This document shows, piece after piece, positions 40,332 to 51,585 of a stretch of DNA of 64,000 bases. This stretch comes from Podarcis bocagei. Taxonomy: Eukaryota. Numbering within the stretch: position 1 is the first letter of the stretch; every line of letters starts with the position of its first letter. The notes below the pieces were generated by a model. That model ran no database searches, was not told the DNA's origin, and saw nothing but the letters and a program-made list of their open reading frames with translations. The translations under genes and the position numbers were made by a program. Location: NCBI GenBank assembly GCA_964188305.1, contig OZ076887.1; one strand, 5' to 3'.

Positions 40332-41604
40332 ACCGGTCATCGCAAATCTGTACATGGAACACTTTGAAACCAATGCTTTAGACAAGTCAGAACACAAACC
40401 CAAACTTTGGCTCAGATATGTTGACGACACCTTTGTAATTTGGCCACACGGGAAGGAAAAACTAGATAGCTTCCTCACACATCTCAACAGCCTACACCCC
40501 AAAATACAATTCACTATGGAAATAGAAGCCAACAACCAACTTCCCTTCCTTGACGTCCTAATCTACAAAAAACCTGATGGCTCCCTAGGACACACTATCT
40601 ACCGGAAAAAAACACACACCAACCGCTACTTACATGCACAATCACACCACCACCCTGCACAAATAAACTCCGTAGCCAAGACTCTCATCTCCAGAACCAA
40701 ACGCCTGGCTGACAAGGACCACTTGACAACTGAGTTACAGAATCTCTCAAATGTGTTAATCGCCAACGGATACCAACAAAACAGGGTTACGAAGCTAATC
40801 CAAAAAGAAACACCCCCCAAAAACCAAGACACAGAAGAAAACAATGGCATGGCCCTCCTTCCTTATATCAAGGGCACTACAGATAAAATTAGCAAAATCC
40901 TCCATAAACACAATATCAAAACAGCATTTTGCACCAACCAAAAAATAGCCAATATCCTCAGAAACCCAAAAGATAAAATCCAGTTAGAAAACCAAGGGGT
41001 CTATGAAATACCCTGCAAAGTCTGCCCAGCCACGTACATTGGACAAACAAACAGACGAATAAATGCACGTATCGCAGAACACAAGAATGCCGTCAAAAAA
41101 GAAGAAAAAACTTCCTCTCTTTACCAACACATGAAAGAAACAGGACACGAAATTAATTTTGCAGATTCCAAATTGCTCTTTAACATGGAACATCACCACA
41201 AGAGAATAATCATGGAAGCCATCGAGATAGAGAAACACCCTCACAACATGAACAAGCGTGACGACACGTCCCGCCTGCCAGACATCTGGAAATTAGCCCT
41301 CCCCACAAAAACCGACACCAGAACCAGAGACACACAGAACGCCATCTCCAATCAACCACACCAGACCCAAACCCAGACCCTCTCCACAGATAAAGTACAG
41401 ACACCATCCAGTAGCCAAACCATAGTGGCACCTCCGGATGCTGCACCCCCCTGCAATCCCTACACAGATCTGGCTGGCACAGGGCACAAAACCACAGCTC
41501 GCCCCTATACACGAAGCCAAGCCAGAGCACAACTAAGTGCAGTACAGCCATCTTCTCAGAAAAACTTTTCACAATCTCAAGAGGTCAAGACACGAAAGCT
41601 TTAG
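40329..41604 (+). CDS. 5'-truncated Penelope-like ORF: RT C-terminal half, thumb, GIY-YIG endonuclease and low-complexity C-terminal tail
   Basis: SPVIANLYMEHFE, WLRYVDDTF, LPFLDV, IYRKKTHTNRYL, LPYIKG, GVYEIPCKVCPATYIGQT..RIAEH, EAIEI..NMNK; no stops or frameshifts. Confidence 0.93.
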
Positions 41605-41841
41605 CAACTAATCCACACCTAATGACCCTCCTAAGTGGTACTCAGAATATCACTCAAGAAATCACTCAAGATATCCCTCAAGTAATTAAGGAACAAAAGA
41701 AGAAAAGGCACACTAACCTGGGAACTCCCTCTCTGCCCAGAACGTTGGAGGCTATACACCACACCCCCTCAACAGTATTTATAGGAACTCAAACACTGAG
41801 ATCCTGCTCTGTTCTAGTAACAAGAAGCCGAAAGCACCAGC

Positions 41842-41875
41842 CTGAAGATGACGAGTGAGACCTCGTCGAAACGTC
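41842..41875 (+). ncRNA. Minimal hammerhead ribozyme core, copy 3
   Basis: Identical 34-nt core. Confidence 0.8.
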
Positions 41876-41926
41876 GCCTAGACACCCCAACTCTTACACG
41901 GGAAGACACCCGAAGACACCAAAACC

Positions 41927-41995
<69 letters not shown>

Positions 41996-42077
41996 TTTCG
42001 TAGATTTTCACGGGTACAGGAATGCAGGTTTTGGTGTCTTCGGGTGTCTTCCCGTGTAAGAGTTGGGGTGTCTAGGC

Positions 42078-42111
42078 GACGTTTCGACGAGGTCTCACTC
42101 GTCATCTTCAG
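42078..42111 (-). ncRNA. Minimal hammerhead ribozyme core, copy 4
   Basis: Identical core on the minus strand. Confidence 0.8.
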
Positions 42112-42145
42112 GCTGGTGCTTTCGGCTTCTTGTTACTAGAACAGA

Positions 42146-42271
42146 CGCAACTGCCGAGACAACAACTTAATTCCCACATGCTTCCAACTTAAATTCCACT
42201 CTAAAACCCCAGCTACCGAAAGGATCCTGAAACGAACTGAACTATCCCTAATCAGAAACGAACTTCATAAC
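42146..42271 (+). pseudogene. Isolated N-terminal fragment of the Penelope-like ORF
   Basis: Translates RNCRDNNLIPTCFQLKFHSKTPATERILKRTELSLIRNELHN, resembling the PLE N-terminal CxxxxxIPxxxxLK...RIL motif. Confidence 0.7.
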
Positions 42272-42418
42272 AAAAGAAGAAAAGGCACACTAACCTGGGA
42301 ACTCCCTCTCTGCCCAGAACGTTGGAGGCTATACACCACACCCCCTCAACAGTATTTATAGGAACTCAAACACTGAGATCCTGCTCTGTTCTAGTAACAA
42401 GAAGCCGAAAGCACCAGC

Positions 42419-42452
42419 CTGAAGATGACGAGTGAGACCTCGTCGAAACGTC
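42419..42452 (+). ncRNA. Minimal hammerhead ribozyme core, copy 5
   Basis: Identical 34-nt core. Confidence 0.8.
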
Positions 42453-42533
42453 GCCTAGACACCCCAACTCTTACACGGGAAGACACCCGAAGACACCAAA
42501 ACCTGCATATATATATATATATATATATATTAT

Positions 42534-43020
42534 ACCCCGCCCATCTGGCTGGGTTTCCCCAGCCACTCTGGGCAGCTTTCAACAGAATATTAAAATACAA
42601 TAGTCTATTAAACATTAAAAGCTTCCCTAAACAGGGCTGCCTTCAGATGTCTTCTAAAAGTCTGGTAGTTGTTTTTCTTTTTGACATCTGGTGGGAGGGC
42701 GTTCCACAGGGCGGGTGCCACTACCGAGAAGGCCCTCTGCCTGGTTCCCTGTAACTTGGCTTCTCACAGCGAGGGAACCGTCAGAAGGCCCTCAGCGCTG
42801 GACCTCAGTGTCTGGGCAGAACGATGGGGGTGGAGATGCTCCTTCAGGTATACTGGACCGAGGCCGTTTAGGGCTTTAAAGGTCAGCACCAACACTTTGA
42901 ATTGTGCTTTTGAAACGTACTGGGAGCCAGTGTAGGTCTTTCAAGACTGGTGTTATGTGGTCTCGGCGGCCACTCCCAATCATCAGTCTAGCTGCCGCAT
43001 TCTGGATTAGTTGTAGTTGT
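42534..43020 (-). mobile_element. L2 LINE 3' end, 5'-truncated
   Basis: ccccgcccatctggctgggtttccccagccactctggg terminus; gggagggcgttccacagggcgggtgccactaccgagaaggccc; gggctttaaaggtcagcaccaacactttgaattg; gctgccgcattctggattagttgtag. Confidence 0.88.
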
Positions 43021-43324
43021 CTGGATTAGATAACACATACAGACCACGTGGTCTTAATATTGGCTTGTAAATTTTTGATCAAACCATTTCCTGGGTTCGT
43101 TGGTAGAAGAATACCTAAAAGACAAGTTGAGCTGCATTGATAGATTGCTAATAGATTTTAACGCTAACTATCAACCATGGTATCTATACCAGTTATATCA
43201 GGAATAAACACTTTTGAGCTTAACTCTTCCTTTTATGAATAATCCTGCAGTACATTTTCAGGGTGTCTGGGTGTTAGGGGAGGGGCATTACTTTTGGCGG
43301 GGGTCACGTTGTGCTTCTTCTGGG

Positions 43325-43506
43325 GTACTTTGTACACCTTTGGTCCCCATCCTGCACTCAGTTCTCACCTGTGGCTCTTAGAAGCTGTCAGCATGCAGCA
43401 GCAGCCACACCTTGGGAAATTGCTTTGACTGGCCAGCTAAACCAGGTGAGGGTAGCCGATGGGTCTCAAACCCTCAGTGAGTTAGGGACTTTCCCCTGCA
43501 TGTGAA
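43325..43506 (+). mobile_element. Probable RTE-clade LINE 5' UTR fragment
   Basis: ggtgagggtagccgatgggtctcaaaccctcagtgagttaggg recognised from memory only. Confidence 0.35.
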
Positions 43507-45792
43507 AATGCAGCCTCCAAAATGTCTTGGACCAACCCATGTCAATCTACCCTTGGGATGATTGTGTGACTGTTCCATTATTCTTTTAAAAGTTGAATTT
43601 TCTTCTGTTGGGGGGTGGGGGGGCAGAGTATGGAATGAGCATAGGGGAAACATCAGTACGTCATACAGATGCCCTGTAAAAAGTGAGTGAACAAAGTATG
43701 GAAATTCTGCACTAAATGTTTATTGGGCAAACAGTTCTGGTACTTGATATGTCAAGACTGGGTGGGACAACATTAGCTTTGCTACAATCCTTTCAGTATA
43801 CAAGGAACCCGTTCTAGGAAGACAATTGCACTGCACAAGGTCAGAAGCATTGTGGTTTTTTTACTTTCTTATCCAGAGAAAAGTACTCCCAGAAAAGGAA
43901 CTCAGTTGGGTATGCTGTCTCAAATTACAAACATGAGCCAAAACCAGGCAAATAGGTGATTTGACAACATAGCAAACTAACATATGCTACTGCTTTTCAA
44001 GTCACAAACTTGGCTATGATCCTGTTAAGACTAAAAGAAGCTGGGGGTTTGTACTGCTTTTATTCACTGACAGAAAAGCACACCTTTCTGAGCAGTTTCA
44101 AATGTAGAGAGGACAGGAGGTACAAGCATCTGTGTTGTGTAAATAGTTCAAGTGTGATCTATCTACAGGGAAACAGAAAACACAATATATTTGCACTTAC
44201 TAATCTCACAGCACTCATGTCCTGACTCAACTTATTATTTAGAGGGAGCAGAATTTGAATGTTTTGCCTTGCTTATGCCTCTCCTCTTCACTATCCCTAT
44301 ACATTGTGATGCTCTCTTTGCTGTTGCTTCCTTCCCCTTCTCTGGTTTTTGTGTGTATGCATGTTATGGAACACAAGTAACTTGCATGAGGCAGCAGAGG
44401 ATGGCTGAGTGGGCATATGAATGATGCACACAGACCTATTATTCCCTAACAACCCTTGTGTTTACTTACGTCCATAAGTGGGAGAAGGGGGGACAAACAG
44501 GGCTCTGTGCATGGCCACAGTGGACTTGGTCATGTGCAAAATGTAATGTGCAAAGTACCTCTCAGGCTCGTTAATGTTGGATGTCTTAGTGCTATACTTC
44601 TGTCATAACAGAATATTACACTTGGGGATTTCAGAGCTTGCATTTTCTCTGTTTATCTTTGTTAAAAGGTAAGCACCACATTGATCTGCTAAAGCTGGGT
44701 TTGTTTTGTTTTGCTTCTTGCATATCTTAAGGCCCAGATATCATAGTTAAAAGAAATAGTCTAGAGAAAAGCATGTTAATATTCATTTCCATTGCCGCTT
44801 AGAGATTGTGTTTTGGGCTTTCAACAGTGTGTTTACTGAGAAAATAGAGGGGCTAAGCATCTTTTCAGCAAATGAGGAGTTTTAAATTTTCTGCTTTAAC
44901 TTTGAGCTGTTCTATATAGAATATGTATTTACTTACCCCAGTTGCTAAAGTGGGAGCTAGTAGTTACAGGGTTTTTTTCCAAATATTTTAGAGTCTTGGG
45001 TAAAAAACAAACTGTACAGTTTCATCCTTTGTACATACGTGTTCAGCAGACTTTCCTTCTTGAACAAGTCTCCTCTGGCTGAAGCTTTGAAGTTGGTTTA
45101 ATAGCAGAAGCTATTTGCAGGGATGGCAGTCCACTAACAGCTCAGTGAAAGAAGCAGTGTTTCTGGCCAGCATCCACACAATTAAAATGGTGCAATCTAC
45201 AAGCCATCATCTGAAATAAATGAGAGTGAAGTCATTGTATAACAGGATCAATGTTTCTTGCTTTTGAAAATGAAAATCTCATATTTCACCTCAGTTGTGT
45301 TCCATGTCTATTTGTGGAACAGCAAGACTCCAAGACAACAGCAAGCCACAAGTCAATGATGTATTCATTGATGTTTTTGCTCACAGTTGGTCTGTATATG
45401 TCACTCTTGAGATCAAAGATGCTGTGCTTTCTTCCTCTCTCAGTTTTGCTTCTTTGGTCTTGTGCCCCCTCCCCACTGCTTGCTGTGGATAGAGTCCATG
45501 CCCTATATCCTCCCCACACTGCATAATGCAGTGGGCTAGAGTGCTGGCATTGTGCGTGAGGAAATTGTGTTTCACAGTTTCCACTTGCCTAAGAAGACTG
45601 CTGAGTGGCCTTGGGCAAATTGTGTTACCTCTCAGTCTAAATAACCTTACTTGACTATTGTAGTTCTCAAAGGCTGATTTGTAGAAAGGAATGCAATAGA
45701 AATATAATGTATAAAAGAAATTGATAAAAAAAACCAGGCACAGTTCAGTAAGAGCCGACATAGAGCACCTAGTATCATTTATAGCACTTGAC

Positions 45793-45969
45793 GAAGAAGA
45801 AGAAGAAGAGTTTTGGATTTGATATCCCGCTTTATCACTACCCGAAGGAGTCTCAAAGTGGCTAACATTCTCCTTTCCCTTCTTCCCCCACAACAAACAC
45901 TCTGTGAGGTGAGTGGGGCTGAGAGACTTCAAAGAAGTGTGACTAACCCAAGGTCACCCAGCAGCTGCA
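45793..45969 (-). mobile_element. Squam3-like SINE, 3' part with (CTT)n tail
   Basis: (GAA)n, then tttggatttgatatcccgctttatcactacccgaaggagtctcaaag...cccaaggtcacccagcagctgca. Confidence 0.75.
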
Positions 45970-47293
45970 AGCCCTTCTTAAGTGGCTGTGTTATTATCTA
46001 CTGTATTTAAATATATTTAAAAATATTAGAGTACAAGCAAGTGTGGCTCTGCAACAAAATGTTGCTGTGTGTACTCCTGGTGTGTATGTGTCACCTGAGC
46101 CTAGGGAGGTTGAAAAAAAAAGTTAGCAGAAAAGATAGGAATCCTTGCTCTACCTTCCTTTTCTTTCTGAAGAAAAAATATATATTTGATTTGTTTTTAA
46201 GAGTTCTGGAACATTTCAAAGGACCAGCCCTCATGCAAGTCAATGGAACCTGAGGCTTATGTGTGCTTGATTTGGCCTAGGAAGAGGTCTGAGGGGGAGC
46301 AATTTAAATAAACTGACCTTTTTGCCCCCTGAAAGGTATGGGGGATTCTAAACTGGGAATCCCAACCAAACTAAGCCTCAGCATTGACCTGCAAAGTGGA
46401 ACAGGATTCTCACACCCACAATTTAGTATTGATTTGTTCCGTTTATAGACAGCTCTGTACTATGATTGCAAGGCAGTTCGCAATAAATCAATGAAACTAT
46501 AAAATGCAAACCAGTACAAACAGCACTCAGTACAATACCAAAATAAATTAATAAATCCATAAAATTTGTAACTGGTTATTTCAGCAGACCGCTCACGTCA
46601 CCCAGCACAAACCAAACACCAGCATATCACAGATTTTCCTTGGTTTCCCAAAAAGGGAATTAGGAGGCTAACCAGAGTGCTGTTGGATGCAGTGCTGGGG
46701 GCTGCTGCTGAGATGGGAATCTGTGAAAATTGCCCTCCCCCGCCCCCTTTCCAGCTAAGAATGCAGGAGCCTCTGCTGCTATTAATCAACTGATACATAC
46801 ACTTTTTATGACTAATCTATAGGATAGATATAGAGCTGAGTTGGGGGTTGAGCTCCTGACCTTAAATGTCCCTTTGTGCTGCAGCTTGTAATAGACTCTT
46901 GTGTAAATCACAAAGGGGGGGGGGGAAAGGGAATGAGTAAACTAATCCATAGTAATGTGGAGCAGAAGGAAACTAAAGTATAAATATGCAAACACTCCTT
47001 TTAATGCCACTTGTGATGCAAAGAAGTAAATAGGGATTTGAAATAATCTGATGCTGTGGAGGCGCTCTGAGGTTTGAAGATGACTGAGGATGGGGATGGA
47101 TGTGACTGACGCATTATAAATTTATACATCATTTAAAAATACATTTCATAAAAGGGAAGACATATTACTAGCTTTCAGTTAGTCTAATACTGTAGCAGAT
47201 AAGTTTGGTATGTGAGCAGTGCTTTTTTTCAGCCGGAGTGCAGTTCCGGCACCTCTCAGGTAGGCACCATTGCTGCCAGTGCTCCCCCCGGTA

Positions 47294-47343
<50 letters not shown>
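47294..47343. repeat. (AAT)n microsatellite
   Basis: Seen directly. Confidence 0.95.
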
Positions 47344-47345
<2 letters not shown>

Positions 47346-47426
47346 TTCAAACTCTTCTTCATATTATACCTCCAGTTGTGGTTGTCTTTTACTCTTTGTA
47401 GTAATATTGTTAATGGAGTGGTTGTA

Positions 47427-47482
47427 CAGTGGTGCCTTGCAAGACGAAAATAATCCATTCCGCGATTATAAAAATACCACTG
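47427..47482. mobile_element. 56-bp internally deleted Tc1/mariner (Tigger-like) remnant
   Basis: TA-CAGTGGTGCC...TACCACTG-TA. Confidence 0.6.
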
Positions 47483-47746
47483 TATTTTTATTTTGCTGTA
47501 AAGGTAGTTTAACTATATATACAATATATTGTTGAGAACTTGCCTATAATGCACAGGATGTAATATCCTATAATAGTCTCGAAGCTAATGGAAGTGTGGT
47601 GTTAAATCAGCTTAGGCACAAAAGTTTGCAGATTCTTCTAAGAATAACTGCTATTGTGGGTTGACTTTGTGTAAGAGTGTTTTCACATAGCTGGTCAACA
47701 TTTGATGTTTAAGTTAATAATATATAATTTCTTTATGAAGCCACAG

Positions 47747-47920
47747 ATTGCCTTGCACCTGTTGTTGAAGATGCAGAGGTTCATAACAAGACATACGGGA
47801 CTGGAGATAAATTAATAATCAGCTGTCATGAAGGATTCCAGATCCATTACCCTGATTTAGACAACATGGTTTCAGTGTGTCAAGACGATGGAACGTGGGA
47901 TAATCTGCCCATTTGTCAAG
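47747..47920 (+). CDS. SUSD4: SUSD4 exon encoding sushi/CCP domain 2 (174 bp, phase 1-1)
   Basis: Acceptor ccacAG, donor AAG|GTTTAG. Translates (D)[57 protein letters not shown], matching SUSD4 DCRIPQIEDAEIHNKTY...DDGTWNNLPICQ. In frame with both neighbouring exons. Confidence 0.95.
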
Positions 47921-49024
47921 GTTTAGTACACCAGAACATCCTCTTTTATAGACCTTACGCCTTGTCTCAGTGTAACTTGCCTATTTATCTTTCTTATTTC
48001 TTATTTCTTTTACTGCTGAAAGAGATAATGGTTACCTATAGTTCTTAGTACAGTAATACAGTACCTTTTGCCAAATGACTTTTTTTCAATGAACATGGGC
48101 AAAAACCATATTTGCATTAGTACAAAGGTAGGAAACCTCAGCTCAGCACTCTGGCCACTCTGCCCAGCCTTCAGGACTCTGCCCAGGTCATGCTCAGTCC
48201 CAAGGCCCTACTTCTCTCCCTACACACTGTACTGGGAATTCCTCAAATACTCTTGCCTGGCTGCAAGGTGTCCTTGAACTGTGGCAGTGTCTTCTGCTTG
48301 CCTGGATGGAGGATGCAGGGAGCGGGGCAGTGTGTGGATAGAAACCTCTGGCGTTTGAGTGGCTGAAATGTAGCTTTACTATAGAAAGGAAAAAGTAACA
48401 TCCATTACTTTGTCCATTTATGTCTCTGGCCACATCCACTTTTATGCTTAGCTGTCAACTTTTCCCTTTTCTTGCGAGGAATCCTATTCAGAATAAGGGA
48501 ATTTCCCTTAAAAAAAGGGAAACGTTGACAGCTATGCTTTTATGTCTTGCACCAACCACAGGTGGGAAAAAGATTTTCTACTCCTGTTTTAGGATGACCC
48601 CTTGCACATCACTGCAGAAGATAAAATGCCCACCTAAAGAGTGGATGGAAGATGTTAGATTTGTATAAAGTTTGCATATGCCTACTGTACACTGAATAAC
48701 TTTTCTGCATATATATTTAGAGAATAGTTCTAGCTACATTTTAGATGCCCTTGTTGCTAGACAGGGAAAGTTTATTTTCAGGTGTGGACTGCTTTATTTT
48801 AGGTTTTAAAAAAAGTTTCACATTTTACTTTTGGTGGAGTTATGCAGGGCCTATTATGCCTTCCTGCCATAAGTGAAAATGAGCAGATATATTTTATTTT
48901 TAAAGCCTTGGAGAGCAGGTAAGGAAAAAGTAAGCCCTAAGGCATGCTCCCATTCTCTCCTTCAGTGTGAGGAAAGCAACCTCTTGTTCTTTTCCTAGAA
49001 GGGAGAGGTGTTTGTATTTTTGCT

Positions 49025-49620
49025 TATAAAATCTATTTATAGACTGCCTTTTTAGGCATAGCCCACTCAAGGCACCGTATGTATCATAAAAACACAATAC
49101 AGTTTTAAAACACAGCTATATAATTAAAATGGCAACTGTACAAACTTTTTTAAACACAGTTCGATTAAAAATAAATAGCTGTGCAGGTTCTCGCTGCTAA
49201 AGAGCTATACTTCTTAAAGTAGCTTTCTATTTTAAAGTCTTAAAATAAAGACTTAAAAGAGGGGGGGAAGTTGCCTGAAATAAACCCTCCTATAAATTTG
49301 AGAAGTTGAGGCAATCTCCATTTCCACGGGGAGAGCGCTCCATAAACTGGGGCAACCACAAATAAGGCCTTCTCTCCCATGGCACTGACCAAGGAAACAA
49401 AGATGAGCAAATATTCGTGCTTGGGAAAGACCCATTGGGTGTAAGTCCTTCAAATAACGTGGTCCCCAATTGTACTTTCGGTCAAAACCTACACTTTCAG
49501 TTGGTCCTGGAAACACAAAGCTGGTGAAGAAGAGGTTTTACATACTCTGATCACCAACATCAAGGTGGCAGCATTCCTTTGCAGTTAAGTTTCTGTACTT
49601 TAAAGGCAGCCCCACATGTC
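49025..49620 (-). mobile_element. Old degenerate L2 3' region
   Basis: ttatagactgcctt...cactcaaggc tail, ggggagagcgctccataaactggggc, gcagcattcctttgcag; boundaries approximate. Confidence 0.45.
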
Positions 49621-50995
49621 CAGAAAAAGACAGTCGCATATTTCTGAAGCGGCCTGCAAGAATGCCTTAGTGTCATTTATAAGCATCTGCACAGTTGGGG
49701 TGGTGGTAAGAATGTATTCTTGGTGTCTAGGAAAAAATTGTAGCATAAGGAGGAGAGGCGGTTTCTGAGGTAAATCTGGAGCTTGTATCATGCTGTGGAA
49801 TTGGATGCCAGTGCAGATAGATGACTGACATTCCCATCCATGTCAGGTGGGGATCTGCCATGCCCTGTTAGCTAAAGTTTCCAAGCAGGGCAAATTACAA
49901 TAAATGGGCTACGTTTGGCTGAGGGGGCACAAATTGCACTATGACTGGATAATAGACAAAATAATAGACAAGGCCATAGTGCCTTTTGACACTGTAAACA
50001 AACTTAAACCACGTGTACCCCTCAAAGCAGATAATATACTGTTGTGTGTGTATAATGGCAAAGTCACAAAAGTCACAGAATTAAATACCTTTTTGGTATG
50101 TTCACATAGGGTTGTATTGGATTAATTTCTACTCATAGTAGATCCACTGAAATGAATTGACTGAAGTTAGTTTTGTCTATTAACTTCAATGGAAATATTT
50201 TAACTATGATGGCTAACACTGGGTGCAACCTATAAGTTCCTATTTGAAATATCCTCATTGGGGATCTTTTGTTGCCAGCTAAAAATATGTTGGTGTATGG
50301 CTGTAAGAGTACATTAAATTTATTATATTAAATGAAGCTCAGAATAGGAGGCCCACAAAATACACGTGGTGCTCATTGAGATCGTTTTACGAATCTTTGA
50401 GCCTTGTTTGATGGAGAAAGTAAGAATAAAGTTTGCTGCCCACTACAAAGCTCTCCTTTAAAGCAGCATCCATTTGCTTGCCTAAATATTTTTGCAGCTA
50501 GTGGGTAACTGTGGAAGCTTCTTAGTGTGGATGTTCAGACCCATTGCAACTAGTTGGAACTAGCCAATATTCCTTTCTTAACTGCATGCACCGATTACAA
50601 GATATATAAGATGTTGAGTATCACACCTTGGAAGTGAATAAGCAATTGTTTTGATAAGTATCGGTCTAAAAATGAAGGCTTTCATGTGAAAAAGAATAAT
50701 TATTAAACTAGAAACTGAAGGGGAGGGGCAGAATGTAGAAAAAGAGAAAATACTGCCATTTTTAATTAATCCTATGCTGATTTTGCAGATGGTATACTGT
50801 AATTCGCAACAGCTGTATGCTAAACAAGTAGGACTAGTGATCTGGCACATGAATCTGAGAGTCGAGTCAGATGAGCAGGAGTAACATTCACTGTGGGGAG
50901 AGAAGGGAATATATATTTTAGCCTGATAGCTGTAATTGGGATATTTTAAAAATAAGCGTCTCATAATAAGATACCTCCTTCTTCTTAATTTGCAG

Positions 50996-51184
50996 GTTGC
51001 CTGAGGCCATTGGTTCTTCCTCATAGTTACATTAACATATCTGAGTTCGAGTCCTCCTTCCCAGTAGGAACTATGATATATTTTCAGTGCTTTCCTGGAT
51101 ATAAACTAGAGGGGACAGAGTTCCTTGAGTGCATGTATAACCTTATCTGGTCAGATAGCCCACCTAGGTGCCTTGATGTGGAAG
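50996..51184 (+). CDS. SUSD4: SUSD4 exon encoding sushi/CCP domain 3 (189 bp, phase 1-1)
   Basis: Pyrimidine tract plus ttgcAG acceptor, donor AAG|GTAAAA. Translates (G)[62 protein letters not shown], matching SUSD4 GCLRPL...SFPVGT...CFPGFKL...NLIWSSSPPRCL. Confidence 0.96.
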
Positions 51185-51477
51185 GTAAAACATCTTATAT
51201 CTTTTTAAAATATTTATTACTTGTCAGATAATATCTGCTATATTTTTTACTTCATTTAATGACTTTCCACTTCACCTTTCTCCAGAGCCAAACTTAGATG
51301 TTCAATTCACACAATTAAATATTATGTGGACGGTTTTTTAAAAGTAAATTGCAGGTGTTGGGGTGGGGGATCCAAAACTGGGACCAGTCTGACATGGGAG
51401 AAAAAAAGCCCCTTAACCCTCTCCCTGCTGCTGCAGTGCCAATTCAGGTCACACACCCCCCCCCCGCCTTCTATTTG

Positions 51478-51585
51478 CAGCAGCGGGAGGCCCCATTAGC
51501 TAAAGTGGTGCTTCAGGTTAAGTACAGTTTCAGATTAAGAACGGACCTCCGGAACGAATTAAGTACTTAACCCGAGGTACCACTG
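51478..51585 (-). mobile_element. Partial Tigger-like MITE
   Basis: Reverse complement of the first ~110 bp of 60102-60327; ends CCGAGGTACCACTG-TA. Confidence 0.85.

Larger units (their letters stand above)
40041..42508 (+). mobile_element. Compound Penelope-like retroelement insertion (Poseidon/Penelope type): three modules with direct and inverted pLTRs separated by (TA)n
   Basis: RT plus GIY-YIG ORF; five near-identical pLTR ends (- 40041-40195, + 40194-40302, + to 41931, - 41992-42145, + 42269-42508); (TA)n at ~40008-40042, 40301-40328, 41930-41993, 42507-42533. Confidence 0.95.

Noticed and set aside
40041-42508. CRISPR-like array or prokaryotic contamination
   Set aside because: The repeats are over 100 bp, in mixed orientation, without unique regular spacers or cas genes, and are explained by PLE pLTRs
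45381-45932. 183-aa minus-strand ORF and other short track ORFs
   Set aside because: They cross SINE, microsatellite and unique DNA boundaries, show no domain signature and are consistent with chance
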